64,000 bases of DNA from Dictyostelium discoideum (Eukaryota), in contig CM000153.2 in NCBI GenBank assembly GCA_000004695.1, forward strand, positions 448,001 through 512,000. Direction: 5' to 3'. Positions 29,762 through 42,582 of the stretch are shown piece after piece (within the stretch, counting starts at the first letter, position 1; every line of letters starts with the position of its first letter). Both the position numbers and the translations under genes were made by a program. A model generated the notes under the pieces. The model made no database searches and had not been told where the DNA came from. It saw only the letters and a list, made by a program, of their open reading frames with translations.

Positions 29762-30106
29762 AATGTGAATTGTTGAAATTGATAATAATAGATTTTGAAA
29801 TATATTTCTCGTGTCAGAGTATTGATGAGAATCATCAGATTGAGTTAAATATTGGAATACTTTTGATACCACTTTTACCATTGGTTGTAACATTGATAAA
29901 TATCATTTCACCATTTTTAATATTATTAAATGTATTAATCATTGTATCATTAATATACTTTAAATATCACTACTATAATTATTACCACTACCACTACCAA
30001 TACTACCAAGTATTATAACTTTATCAATTAGATAATAGAAATCATTACCAATATTGGTTAAAATACCTCCTTGTTTTAAATAAATTATACTAGTTTGATT
30101 AATTGG
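29762..30106 (-). pseudogene. tgr-like receptor gene 3'-end fragment (matches 41383-41776 of the intact + gene, about 90% identity, including the C-terminal hydrophobic tail codons); pseudogene remnant
   Basis: Reverse complement reads ...CAATTAATCAAACTAGTATAATT...AAAACAAGGAGGTATTTTAACCAATATTGGTAATGATTTCTATTATC...GGTGAAATGATATTTATCAATGTTACAACCAATGGTAAAAGTGGTAT...CAAAATCTATTATTATCAATTT.... Its order and orientation relative to the 27830-28090 fragment are scrambled. Confidence 0.75.
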
Positions 30107-31362
30107 CAGTGATTTATAGATTATACAGAATGTTCAATGGAAAAAAAACATATGTTCTTTACTACAAAATTGATGGTTTTTTGTAACATCTGCTGGTCTG
30201 TTACAGAGTGATTCAATGATTTCTTTATACCATGTTGTTATTGAGGTTGAGTTAATTGGTAGAGATAGAGTGGTGAGGAAGGTGGTGTCATATTATCTAA
30301 TTTGTGGTGTAGTTGTTGCAGTTGTTGTCGTTGTTATTGTTTATTGATTAATAGTTGCTATTGTTCATTATTATCGATATTATTATTATTGTTATTATTA
30401 TTATCTTCTGACATTTTATAAACTGAATTATTTAATCTTATTGAATAAAATTTGTTATTGATTTTAAATTTTGTTTTATTACTGAGATTATTTACTATTA
30501 CTATTTAAATTTTTATTATTATTGACTTTATTATTAATTATTGTTAGTATAATAAATGTTTTGAATATTGTAGATGATGTGAATTCCCCCTTTATTAATA
30601 TTTTACAAAAAATAATAATGGTTATAATTAATAAAATTTATAATAGTATTATTTTTTATTATATTTTTTAAGATTTCTTTTATTTTAATAAAATAATAAA
30701 ATATTTAAATTTTTTAATATATTTTATAATTTTTTTTTTTTTCTATTTTTTTAAAGATAATTAAAGTTACATTTTTATAATAAATCTTTTAAAAATTTAA
30801 ACCAGATTAATGCAATTTATAACATTCTTATGTATTATCTTATTATAATAATTAAAAACGTATTTGGTTTTAAAAATTTCATCATTAAAGTGGCCAAAAA
30901 CTTAATAAAATATTAAAATATAATAATTTATCTTTAATTTTAATAAAAGTTGTAAGAGTTTTTTTTTAAATTAACAAATATTATTTAAAAATAAGATAAT
31001 AATTAAAAAAAAAATCTTTAAAAAATATAAAAAAAAAATAGTGTGCTTCTTCATTTATTCATTTTTTTATTTTTTTTATTTATTTTCACACGAAACCCCA
31101 TTAGTATAAATTTTAAATTAAACAGTTTGGATGTTATTGATTAGCAATCATTAGGTTGGATTTTAGACAACAAATCCAAATGCCTTGAAATTGCGATATC
31201 ATCTTGAAAGCCACCATAAAATTATTATTTTAATTAGAATGTGAAACACGGTTAATATTTTTTTTTTTTTTTTTTTATTTTTAAATTTAAAAAAAGAAAT
31301 CCATATTTTTAATTTTTGAATAATTTATAATTTATTTTTATAATTTTTATTCATATTTTATT

Positions 31363-31623
31363 TTTTACATACTTTTTAACACAACCAATAATATATCCTT
31401 TTTAATGATGGTGGTGAAAATCACTATACCATACAAATATATAAAATTCTTTTGAATATAAAAGGGGTCTTTTTTTTTTTTATAATTTTTTAAATTATTT
31501 TTTTTAATTTTTATTTAAATAAATTATGTATTTTTTAACACAACCACTAATATATCCTTTTTAATTGATGGTGGTGAAAATCACTATATAAATTTATATA
31601 TTTTTTTTTTTTGAATATAAAAG

Positions 31624-31640
<17 letters not shown>
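31363..31640 (+). repeat. direct repeat of a roughly 110-bp unit (31363-31480 and 31530-31640): TTTTTAACACAACCA(A/C)TAATATATCCTTTTTAAT(T)GATGGTGGTGAAAATCACTATA...TTTTGAATATAAAAGGG
   Basis: Two near-identical copies about 170 bp apart in non-coding DNA upstream of the kinase gene. Confidence 0.7.
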
Positions 31641-31658
<18 letters not shown>

Positions 31659-32041
31659 TGGTGTTTGCATAGAGGAGATCTAAGATAGTAGGGGTAATTT
31701 TCAATAGTAATTGATAGTGCGCTCAAAATAATAATGACCTGTTTTCTCTTCTCCCTTTTTTTTTTTACTTGTACATTTTTTTTTTTTTATTTGTTTTTTT
31801 TTTAAATTTATTTTTAAATATATTTAATATTAATTTTCTTTTTTTAATTATAATTTTTTAATTATTTTTTTTTTTTAATTATATTTTTTAACTATTATTA
31901 TTTTAATTATTTTTTTTTTTACATTTAATTTTTCTATTTTTAATTATATTTGTAATTATTATTTTTATTATTTTTCTTTTTTTCTATAAATAAAATATTA
32001 AAATTATTAAAATTTTTAAAACCTTTTTTTAAAACAAAGCC

Positions 32042-32244
32042 ATGACATCTCAAAATTGGAAAAATTGTTTTAATAAAAAAGCAATTGAGGTTATTGAAAT
32101 TCATAGATCTCAGGAAACAATCACTGTTGAAACAGTAAATAATGAAGATAAAATCAAGAATAATATTTCAAAACCCAAAATTAAAGTACATAAAAAACCA
32201 ATAATTAAATCAATTTCAAAGTTAAAATTACAACCAAAATTTTC
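32042..32244 (+). CDS. ankyrin-repeat protein kinase (+ paralog), exon 1
   Basis: ATG at 32042; GTAAGT donor at 32245 (phase 2). A 302-nt AT-rich intron containing an (ATT)n run; TATAAAAG acceptor at 32539-32546. Confidence 0.6.
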
Positions 32245-32364
32245 GTAAGTAAAAACATTTTAAATTCTTTTTTTTTTTTTTTTTTTTTCATGAAAAAAAA
32301 CATTTTAAATTCTTTTTTTTTTTAATTTTTTTTTATTTATTTTTTTTTTATTATTATTACTATA

Positions 32365-32397
<33 letters not shown>

Positions 32398-32401
32398 TTT
32401 A

Positions 32402-32439
<38 letters not shown>

Positions 32440-32496
32440 TTATTATTATTTGTATTATTTTTTAATAAAAAAATAATTTAAAAAATTCTAATATTT

Positions 32497-32543
<47 letters not shown>

Positions 32544-32546
32544 AAG

Positions 32547-33684
32547 GAGATACAATGATATTATTGATTATTCAATTGATTTCAATTGTAATAAAAATTA
32601 TTTCTTAAAACAAGATAAAGTTAGTGGTAATACTTTTATTCATGTTTTTTGTGAAAAAAGAGAATCAAAAATAAATTTAGAATCTGATATTGAAAATTTA
32701 AAATGTTTGGGAAAGGAAACGATTGAAGCAAGGAATAATAATAAGGAAATTGCACTATTTTCAACTTTAAAAAACCAATGCCTTGGTTTAAAAATAATGC
32801 ATGAATTAATTTCAAGAAATGTTATGTTCATTGATGATAATGGTAAAGATGAGTTACTAGTAAAATGTTTAGAAGAGGGTAGAGTTGATATGGTGAAATA
32901 TTTAATTACCGTTGATATTAATTTGATCTCAAAATTAAAGAGAATATGCCAAATTACCCAATTAAGCCTAGAAACACTTCAATTTGTCGAATTAATTAAT
33001 TCAGAATATGAAAAAATCGTAGAAATTGGTTTAAAATCTGCAGGTAGAGAATACATTAAATTGTTTTTCATTCAATTTATTTTGGGTAATTTTTCAAAAG
33101 AATCAATCATCCAAACAATTGATGAATATAAATTACCACCAATTCCAAAAGAAATTGAAGATTTTTTCTTTGTTTATAATTATCAAATGTGTGACTTTGT
33201 TAAATTAACTGAAATCAAACCACGTTACCTCAATGAAATTTCTAAAATAAATATCTATCCAATTGGTCAAGTCTCCATTGAAAGAAGAAATGAACTCGGT
33301 CGTGGTGGTAATGGTACCGTTTATTCAGGTGTATTAAAAGAGATTGATAGTCAAGGTAATGAAATTTCAATACCAGTTGCAATCAAAATACCAACTCAAT
33401 TCTATAAATCAAAATTGGTTGAAGTATATAAAGAGTTGGCTATTCATCAAAAGATTAATGGTATTTGTGGTCCAAAGTTATTTGGATGCGTAAAGTTAAA
33501 TGTTGGATTTGGTATTATAATTGAAAGATTTGATTGTAGTTTACATGACTATATTCAAAATAATAATATCGATTTCGATTTATTTTTTGAATTGGCTCTT
33601 AAAATGGTTATAACAATTAGAAATCTACACAAATGTCATTTAAATGAAATATTCCATCGTGATATTAAACCACACAACTGGTTA
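32547..33684 (+). CDS. ankyrin-repeat protein kinase (+ paralog), exon 2: ankyrin-like repeats plus kinase subdomains I-VIb
   Basis: Ankyrin-like DDNGKDELLVKCLEEGRVDMVKYLI; glycine loop GRGGNGTVYSG; VAIK; HRDIKPHNWL; GTATGT donor at 33685. The ORF-track M at 32707 is a TTG codon, not a real start. Confidence 0.8.
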
Positions 33685-33772
33685 GTATGTATATTATTTT
33701 AATACTTTTTCATTTTTCATTTTAATATTATAATTTAATTTAACTCTTTGTATTTTTATTTATTTATTTTAG

Positions 33773-34423
33773 GTTAAAAAAACTAAAGATGAATTGGTGG
33801 TCGTTTTATCTGATTTTGGTTTATCAAGAGAGAATAGTGAAACAAATGAAAATACTCTTCAGAAATATAGAGGAACATCAGTATTTATTCCACCAGAATT
33901 AAATGATAATATCTTATATAATGAAAAATCAGATATATACTCTTTGGGTGTATCATTTATGATGTTGCTTTATAAAGTTGTTTATGGCAAAATGGAAAAC
34001 CCATTTTATGAATTCAAAATTTCAAAAATGGAATACTTCAAAACAGTTGTTGCTTTAGAGAACTTTTTAGTACCAATTGTACCAACATTTTTACCTGATT
34101 CTTTTAAAGAGTTCTTGTTCTCAACAATGAATAGAATCTATACATGTCGTCCAAATTCTGAAGAATGTGTAGAAAGACTCATAACACTAAAGACTGAATA
34201 TGAAAATGATAAAACCAAATGGCAAGTAAATAGTGCTATTATACAAAAAGAAAAATCATTACTCACTGATTCAATAATTTCACAACAATTGAAATTAATG
34301 AACCAAGTTAAAAAATTTGTTCAAGAAAATGATAAATTCGTTTTTTTGAAGAAAACAAAATTATTTTTTTCAGAATCTGAAATTAAACAATATCTTTTGT
34401 CAATAATAAAATGTCAAGAATGA
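33773..34423 (+). CDS. ankyrin-repeat protein kinase (+ paralog), exon 3: kinase subdomains VII-XI
   Basis: TTTTAG acceptor at 33767-33772. VVVLSDFGLSRE (DFG), GTSVFIPPE (APE-like). Stop at 34421-34423. Confidence 0.8.
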   Translation, partial: VKKTKDELVVVLSDFGLSRENSETNENTLQKYRGTSVFIPPELNDNILYNEKSDIYSLGVSFMMLLYKVVYGKMENPFYEFKISKMEYFKTVVALENFLVPIVPTFLPDSFKEFLFSTMNRIYTCRPNSEECVERLITLKTEYENDKTKWQVNSAIIQKEKSLLTDSIISQQLKLMNQVKKFVQENDKFVFLKKTKLFFSESEIKQYLLSIIKCQE

Positions 34424-34864
34424 AAACTTTAAATAAAATTTTTTAAAAAATAAAGAAAAGAATTAATAATTAGATTATTATTGTTTTAATTTTTTTATTT
34501 TTTTTTTTTTTTTTATAATTAACTGTTATCAAATTCTGGTTTTTCAAAATAAAATAATTCTTTCTTTTTATACAATTGCTTTTAATTCATCTATAAATCT
34601 AATTTGTGATCTAGTTGATTCTAGTTTTAAATAGCTAAATTGGTAATCTAAGAAAGTTGATTCTTTATTTTTTTTTATTTTTTTATTGAACACCAAAGTT
34701 ATATCTTTTTTTTATTTTTTGAGTTTTATCTTTTAACTTTTTTTATTTTTTGAATTTCTTTTTTTTGTAATATTTTATATTGGAATGCTAATAATTATGA
34801 ATTACTTCTTTAAAATATTTTAAAGAAGAGCAATATTTTATTTTATTATTATTATTATATTAAT

Positions 34865-35650
34865 TATTTTTTTTATTATTTGATGAGCAAGCCACATCAT
34901 TGTTATTATTATTACTAATATTATTATTATTGGTTTTATTATTATTTGATGAGCAAGCTACATCATTGTTTTTATTATTACTAATTATTATTATTGATTT
35001 TATTATTATTATTTGATGAGCAAGCAACATCACCGATAGTATTATTGTTGTTATTATTACTACTATTAATATTATTGGTTTTATTATTATTAATTGATGA
35101 ACGAGCTAAATCATTATTGGTTTTATTATTATTTGATGAGCAAGCTACATCATTTTTATTATTATTACTAATATTATTATTATTATTGATTTTATTATTA
35201 TTTGATGAGCAAGCTACATCTTTGTTATTATTATTACTAATATTATTATTATTGATTTTATTATTATTTGACGAGCAAGCTACATCATTGTTTTTATTAT
35301 TACTAATATTATTATTATTGATTTTATTATTATTTGATGAGCAAGCAACATCATTGTTATTATTATTACTAATATTATTATTATTGGTTTTATTATTAAT
35401 TGATGAGCAAGCTACATTATTGTTATTATTATTACTAATATTATTATTATTATAATTGGTTTTATTATTATTTGATGAGCAAGCTACATCATTGTTATTA
35501 TTATTACTAATATTATTATTATTGATTTTATTATTTGATGAAAAAGCAACATCGCCGATAGTATTATTGTTGTTATTATTACTATTAATGATAGTGTTAC
35601 TGTTACTATCACTACTATTATTAATTGATGAACAAGCTAAATCATTGTTG
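34865..35650. repeat. tandem array of about 12 copies of a 66-72-bp unit (TTATTATT...TGATGAGCAAGCTACATCATTGTTATTATTATTACTAATATTATTATTATTGATT); 34984-35650 encodes the cytoplasmic tail repeats, 34865-34980 lies 3' of the stop codon
   Basis: The motif TGATGAGCAAGC (or 1-2-nt variants) recurs at 34881, 34947, 35017, 35097, 35133, 35199, 35269, 35337, 35401, 35473, 35537 and 35627. On the minus strand it encodes (DVACSSNNNK.NNNNISNNNNN)n. Confidence 0.85.
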
Positions 35651-38291
35651 TTATTATTTTTATTTTTGGAATTTCTATTTCTAAGGTTATTATTTTTTGG
35701 AATTCTTAATGGATCTTCAGCCATTATAATATTGTCATACATATCCAAAAAAATCATTCTTTGATTATTATAAACTTCCCTCGTTTGTAAATATTCATCT
35801 CCTTTTGTAGAATGATTGTTTTCTACATTTTCAATTATTCTTTCCCTTTTAATTGACATAAAGAAACGTTCTGGTATTTTAAAGAAAATAATTAAAAAAA
35901 TAAATAATAGTGGTGCAAAAATTATTGTAACTAATGATATTACAATTTTTTTCCAATCTACTCGAGAACTTTCTTCTTGAGATTTGGTGTTATTGTTGAT
36001 ATATATATATTCTTTTTCTGAAATATTTTGGAATATTAAATTATACCTAGAGATATGAACTATTTGATTTGAAGTGACATTAATTTCAAATGTTGAGTTT
36101 ATTCTAGGTAAAAAGAAATTTAGCAATATATCATTTGCAATTGCACAACCTATTTCTGTTGAAAAACTATATGATATTGTGCATCTTTTCTGGCCATCAA
36201 TTATGAGACTTGTTTTTAGTGGATAAAAATTGAAACCGGATAGAGCTAATACCCAATGGTCCTTTTGATAATTGCTTATTGTGCCAACTTTATTTATTGT
36301 TGGTCCATTAAATGTTATATTAAAACTAATTGATTGATCCATTGAATTAATAATGCATTGTTCAACATGAGGACAAAAGTAATCTTCACTTTGACATGTG
36401 GAATCACATGAAAAAGAAGAATGATTTAAATATGTACAACCAAATTTATAATTACCACATTCAAGAGAAACATTTTGTTTTGAATGAAAATTTTCTCCAT
36501 CTATAAACACTATACTACCATTATTATCAAATGGTTTTGAAATTGCACCCTTAATGGTAGGTTTAATGGTTAATTCATATGGATCAGAAATAATACCACA
36601 ACAACAGATTGTAATTAGGTCACTTGTAAAATATGGTTCCTTTTTGGTTGTAATTTCATTGGAACTTATTTTTATTGGAGAAAGTGATTGGTTCGAGAAT
36701 GTAATAAATGTATTATTATAAAAGCCATAATTGTTAAATTCACCAGTACAGATTATGAATTCATCCTTTGTGTAACATGATTCTATAATTGGTTTTTTAT
36801 AATTAAATGTTGATTGGTATGATTTATTTTCAAAATTTATATTGTAACCTTTTTTACCACAACCTGGCACAATGAAAAACGAATAATCTAAATCATTTGA
36901 ATTTTTACCAATGAGTGTTCCCGTTGATTTAAATTCATCACCAAAATCTGAATAGATTGATAGTATCGGATTTTCTTTATTTTCATCATAACTTGAATTA
37001 AAAAATTTAACAATGCAATTTGATCCATTTACCATTGGTTGAGTAACAAACTTAGTTATGAATGATAAGCCAATAAAATAACTGTTTGATTGTTTTTCAT
37101 AAGATTTCACCGATATATTAATATAGGACATTGCTTCTGGAATGGTGAATGACATAACAGTCTCATTATCATTAATTTGAAGGTTTTGTAAACTAATTGG
37201 GATTTTATCATTAAATATAGTTACTGATCCTACTTCACCAAGACATTGGCCATATATTGTCAAGACACCATTGGAAATACTATAAGATGAAATAAGCGTT
37301 GAGTCATAGTTGAAATATATTTTGTTTTGGTTGGTAATACCATCTATGTTTACGGTAACTGGTAAGTTGTTATCTAAAATTCTATGAGCCATATAACAAG
37401 TAATATTATTTGGTGAAAGTGTAATAATTGAACATGGGTAATCTCCTATTTTAACCTCTGCTATAATAATTGAAGAATTCGATGTTAATCTTTCTCCATT
37501 GATATTAATTGTAGCATTTTTGTTTCTTGGAATACTATTAATTGAATTTAATACTGGAGGATATACTAAATCCATTTTATTTGAAGGTACTTTACTTGCA
37601 ATTAATTGAATTGTAAATGAAGTACAAAAGAATTCTGAATATTCAAAAATAAATTCAATATATTCATGATCATTTTTAATAATTTGTTCATTTTTAATTT
37701 TTTGATTGTTGATTAAAATTTCTTTTGGATACATTTCAGTACAGAAATTAGAGCCAATTAGTGTCACAGTTTTTTTATTTATTTCTACTTTTTCTATATA
37801 TGGATTTTGGTATGATGAATTATAAACAAACGAAAGACCAAAAATTTTAAAAAATCCACAACCACTTGGAAAAATCATTAAATATTCAGAACCGTTTTTT
37901 CCATTTGGAGATATCAAAAAATCGATTTTTTCATAATCATTTTGGAAAAGAGCGTTCTGATTTGTTGTTAATAAAAAATATGTAATATTGGATTGAAAAC
38001 TACCTCCTTTAGTTTCTGGTTTTAATTCTGGTTCAAAAATTGGTAAGATATTTGAAAAAATCCCTGGAAACTGTATACCATCTGCTGTTTTTTTTTCAGT
38101 TTGTTCACTTCCGAAAGCATGAAATTTAAAATTGTTATCAGTAGTTAAATTACACATCCTTAAATCACCATCAATATTACAATTGTAGTTGTATTCAAAA
38201 ATATCTACATTTTTTTCTTTGAATATATATTTGGAAATGTAAGATTCATTTACTTGATAAAAAAGTGTAATATATTCTTTATCTATTATAT
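34981..38291 (-). CDS. tgr-like IPT/TIG-repeat transmembrane receptor (- paralog), exon 2: ectodomain, TM and repeat-rich cytoplasmic tail
   Basis: Paralogous to the 39136-41776 gene (ELKPETKGGSFQSNITYFLL versus EFKPKTRGGNTTLSGYYLEL; NPYIEKVEINKKTVTLIGSNF versus EPNIEKIDINQSFLDITGTNF). TM segment IVISLVTIIFAPLLFIFLIIFF, then a tail of about 330 aa built of roughly 24-aa repeats. TTTTTTTTACAG acceptor at 38292-38293 (minus). Confidence 0.85.
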
Positions 38292-38355
38292 CTGTAAAAA
38301 AAATTTAAAATTAATATTTTACTTTTAATATTGATTAATCTAATTAATTACATAC

Positions 38356-38413
38356 TCTCAAGAATTGAATATACTATTGTTATTAATAAAATTATTAACA
38401 AATAATATTTCAT
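38356..38413 (-). CDS. tgr-like receptor (- paralog), exon 1: signal peptide MKYYLLIILLITIVYSILE
   Basis: ATG at 38411-38413 (minus), GTATGT donor at 38350-38355 (minus), phase 1. Same intron phase and position as exon 1 of the + paralog. Confidence 0.65.
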
Positions 38414-38765
38414 TCTTGAATGTTTATCAAATTGTTTAATTAAGTATTGGGTTAATTATTTGCTACTTTTTTATTATTTTTTTGATTTTATTTTATTATT
38501 ATTTTTTTTTGTTTTTTAAAAATTAATACTTTTTTTATTTTATTTAATTTTTTTTTTTTTGTAAATTTAAAAATTAATGGTTTTATGATAATTTTAGATT
38601 AAAAAAATAATAATTATTATAATTTAATTCTTTTTCTTTGTGATTTAACCACAATTTTTTTTTAAAATCATCATTGGGTTGTTATTTTTTTTAATAATAA
38701 TAATTATTTTTATTTTCAAACCCATTTTTATATTTCACTTTTTTTGAATTTTTTTATTTTTAGAA

Positions 38766-38830
38766 AGGGGTACCTATATTTGGACTCATTGAGGGGTTTG
38801 AAATTGATTTACCCCATCCCACACACACTT
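38766..38830. promoter_or_regulatory. G-box / CA-element-like palindromic element in the shared divergent promoter: GGGGTACC...GAGGGGTTTGAAATTGATTTACCCCATCCCACACACAC
   Basis: GGGGT/ACCCC inverted arms followed by CCCACACACAC, the best non-AT motif in the 722-bp region between the two receptor ATGs (38413 and 39136). It resembles GBF-binding G-box/CAE sites of post-aggregative Dictyostelium promoters. Confidence 0.35.
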
Positions 38831-38961
38831 TTCTTTTTTTAATTTTGATTAAAAAAAATATAACTTTTTTAATTTTTAAAAAAAATTATATTATTATTAT
38901 TTTTTTTTTTTTTTATTTTTTTTATTTTTTTTTTTTTTTATATTTATTCTTATAATTATTA

Positions 38962-39075
<114 letters not shown>

Positions 39076-39135
39076 ATTACTATTATTTTTCTCAACAATT
39101 TTATAATTCTTTAAATTAGAAATCAATTATTTTAA

Positions 39136-39211
39136 ATGAAAATAATTTTAATTTCTTTACTTTTTTATTTATTTTCATTTGCTATTTCTTATGATGATGT
39201 CATTCCTTTGG
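39136..39211 (+). CDS. tgr-like IPT/TIG-repeat receptor (+ paralog), exon 1: signal peptide MKIILISLLFYLFSFAISYDDVIPLG
   Basis: ATG at 39136; GTAAAT donor at 39212 (phase 1); 73-nt intron; TTTTTTTAG acceptor at 39276-39284. Confidence 0.7.
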
Positions 39212-39284
39212 GTAAATTGTTTTTATCATTTTTTTCATATCTCTTTTTTTTAATTTATTAATTATTTATTAATTATTTTTTTAG

Positions 39285-41776
39285 GTTATGAAAGTCACAA
39301 TGATTCTCTTGTGATTAGATATCGTGAAAGAGAAAATTATTATACAAATATTTCATTTTTATGGAATGGTAAAAGTCGTTATGATATGAGTTTTAATTGT
39401 GTTTTAAATAATACAATTAGAACTTGTACTTTACCAGTGAAAGAATCTGATCATGCCCAAATGTATTCAGAGAAAATATCTGCATGTACAGAAAATAATG
39501 GTACTTTTAAAAGGTGTGGTTATGATGTTGAGTTATTTTATTTTCCAAGTCCATTTTTAATTTCAGAGTTTAAACCAAAAACACGAGGTGGAAATACAAC
39601 ATTAAGTGGTTATTATTTAGAGTTAAAAGAAAGAATTTATGTTCCATTTGAAAGTCACTATAAAGATGATCAGTTTTATTATGCTGTAGAAGTATATACA
39701 ATTCCAGGTAAGTTTCAATCAAAAACACCAGATAGAATAAATTTAGTTTTAAAAGTTTTTCCAGGTTGTGGATACAGAACAATTATTTGGGAGAATCGTG
39801 AAAGATTAAATTTTACATATCAAGAGCCAAACATTGAAAAAATTGATATTAATCAATCATTTCTTGATATAACTGGTACAAATTTCTACAATCAATCAAT
39901 TTTGGTTTCTGTTAAAATTGATAATAATATTATTGATCCAAATGATATTATTTCAGTTGATTTTGAAATTATTAAATTAAAATTTAATTATTCAGATCCA
40001 TTCTCATCAAAATTGAATGTTCAAGTCGGTTGTTGTGATTATTGGTCAAATCAATTTCAAATTACATATCCACCAATTCCAATAAGTTCAAATAGTATTC
40101 CAAAATTAAAAGGTGGTTTATTAATAATCAATGGTAATAGATTAACTTCATCACCATCATTATCTAATAATATTAATATTTCAGTAACAGTTGGTGATTC
40201 AATTTGTTCAATTGTTTCGTCATCTTCAAATGAAATTAAATGTAATTTACAACCAATATCAAATTCAACATTTAATAATTCATCACCAATTGCTGTATCA
40301 ATAAATGGGGTTGTAAATACAAATACATTATTATTAAATTATGATATTCCATATATTACAACATTCTCTCAAGTAAATGATGAAATTCATATAATTGGTG
40401 GTTGTTTTGGTAATATTAATTCAACTCAAATTCATATCAATGATAAACAAGTTTCTGGCCAAATTAAATCAATTAATAATGATGAAACAATTTTAATATT
40501 AAAAATACAAAATCAAATTTATAATTTCAATCTTTCAATCGAATCAAATTCAATCAAATCAAATGGAATCAATGTAGATGTAAAATTGTATGCAAGTATA
40601 AATGAAATTCCATTGGTTGCTAATAAATTAATTAATTTTACATTATTTTATGTAAATTCAAGTAATATTAATTTAATACCAACAATTAAAATAATTAATG
40701 AAAAATCAAATCAAACAAGTAAATCAATTTCAACCAATGTAAATGAAAGTGTTGTATCATGTTCATTTTTAATTGAAAATAATTGTGGTATTATTAATTA
40801 TGAAATTGAAATTGGTAATCAAATATATCAATCATCATTTTCATATGAATCACCATTGATTAATAAATGTAATTTAAATTCAAATGAAATTGTTACTTGT
40901 ATTTGTAAAGGTTTTGTAAATAAATATAATGAAACAAGTATTTTTATTTCAAATCAATCAATAGCCCTTAGTAAAGAAATTAATAATAGTAGTTATGAAT
41001 CAATATCATTTCAAATGAAAGATGAGTATAATATTCTTGGTGAATTGTATTTAAATGTATGTGGTTTATTATCAAATAAAGTAATTATTAATACATTTCC
41101 AATTTTTAAAAATGTATCGATTCCTAACTTGTTTGGTACAAATGGTGGTAATATCATTATTATTGGTAAATATTTAAATAATAATACAAATATTACAATT
41201 GAATGTAATGGTGAACAAATTATTATAGAAAAAGAATGTAAATTAAAAAATAGTAGTACATCATTAGAATGCAACATTAATTTAAATGGTCCAAATGATA
41301 AAACTTGTAAATTATTATTTAATAATGATAATAGTATAGTATCAACATTTAATTTAATATACAAATCACCATCAATTAATCAAACCAGTATAATTAATTT
41401 AAAACAAGGAGGTATTTTAACAATTATTGGTAATGATTTCTATTATCCAATTGATAAAGTTACAATAATTGGTAATGGTAATGGTAGTGGTAATAGTAGT
41501 AGTTTAAATTGTAATGAAGCAAAGTATATTAATGATACAATTATAACATGTTTTATTCAAGCAACTAATTATACATTTAATAATATTAAAAATGGTGAAA
41601 TGATATTTATCAATGTTTCAACCAATGGTAAAAGTGGTATATCAAAAGTATTCAAATATTTAACTCAATCTGATGATATCCATCAATACTCTGATGCTAG
41701 AAATATCTTTCAAAATCTATTATTATCAATTTTAATCATATTAATCATTTCATTATTATTCATTTCAAATCTTTAA
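39285..41776 (+). CDS. tgr-like IPT/TIG-repeat receptor (+ paralog), exon 2; C-terminal hydrophobic tail (GPI-signal-like or zero-tail TM)
   Basis: 830 codons; repeated IPT-like blocks (NIEKIDINQSFLDITGTNFYNQSILVSVKID..., PKLKGGLLIINGNRLTSSPSLSNNINISV...); ends NLLLSILIILIISLLFISNL-stop. The ORF-track M at 39311 is a GTG codon. Confidence 0.85.
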
Positions 41777-41845
41777 AAAAAAACCATAAATTAATAAATA
41801 AATACATTAATAGTTTAAAAATTTTTTTTTTTTTTATTTATAATT

Positions 41846-41881
<36 letters not shown>

Positions 41882-42582
41882 GTATTTGGAAATTCGATTA
41901 ATCCACTTAATAGATTGTTCGTTATTTATTTTTATCATTCGTTGTATTTTCGGATAGTGACCAGGTGGATGAATGGCAAAAAAGCACGACAATAAACAGA
42001 AATTTATAACTCTTTAATGATCATTTTCAAAACTATCAGATGCCCAGACTACAGCTTTTATTCTCGTGATTAATCAACAAAGTTATCAATACATTCTTTA
42101 ATTTCATCAATAAGTGATTTGGAAAACTTAATTTGTTTTCTTTTTTGGTTTACTCATATCTTTTTAATTTGATTATTTTGATTAATTTATGGTGAATTTG
42201 TCAATAATTTTGTTTATTATTGTTTCTGTTGCACCTAAGAACAAAAGTACAATTTATTGTGGGTAGTGATGATGATATTGTTGCAAATTAAATTTAGCAT
42301 AAAAAATATTAAATAATTTTTTCTCTAATACTTTCTTTTAAATTATTATTATTATCATTATTTATTGTTGTGGGGAATTTTTACAGCAAAATACACTATG
42401 TATAGGTAGTGAAAAAATTCATTAAAAATTTTTTTTTTTTTAATATTAAAAACTATTAATTTAACCAAAACAATAAAAAACTATTTATAAACAGTTATCC
42501 AATTGTTTTAAGATTAAATAACAATTTACTTTCAAATTTGCGCCAAAATTTTTTTTAACACTTTAATGATGAAATTTTTACA

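Noticed and set aside
27932-30018. Plus-strand ORFs at 27932-28147, 28243-28434, 28961-29164 and 29770-30018
   Set aside because: They are antisense or out-of-frame readings of the tgr pseudogene fragments, of the R repeat (the 28961-29164 ORF is not conserved in other R copies), or of an (AAT)n run.
30130-30400. Possible additional gene fragment on the minus strand (ATGTCAGAAGATAATAATAAT...)
   Set aside because: It has a short open frame ending in a stop after about 20 codons, and no similarity to the receptor genes or other window genes could be established by eye. It is left unannotated.
34994-35764. Plus-strand ORFs (153 and 102 aa) of poly-Leu with a FDEQATS repeat
   Set aside because: They are antisense reading of the 66-72-bp tandem repeat that encodes the receptor tail on the minus strand. 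They are periodic low-complexity artefacts with no start context.
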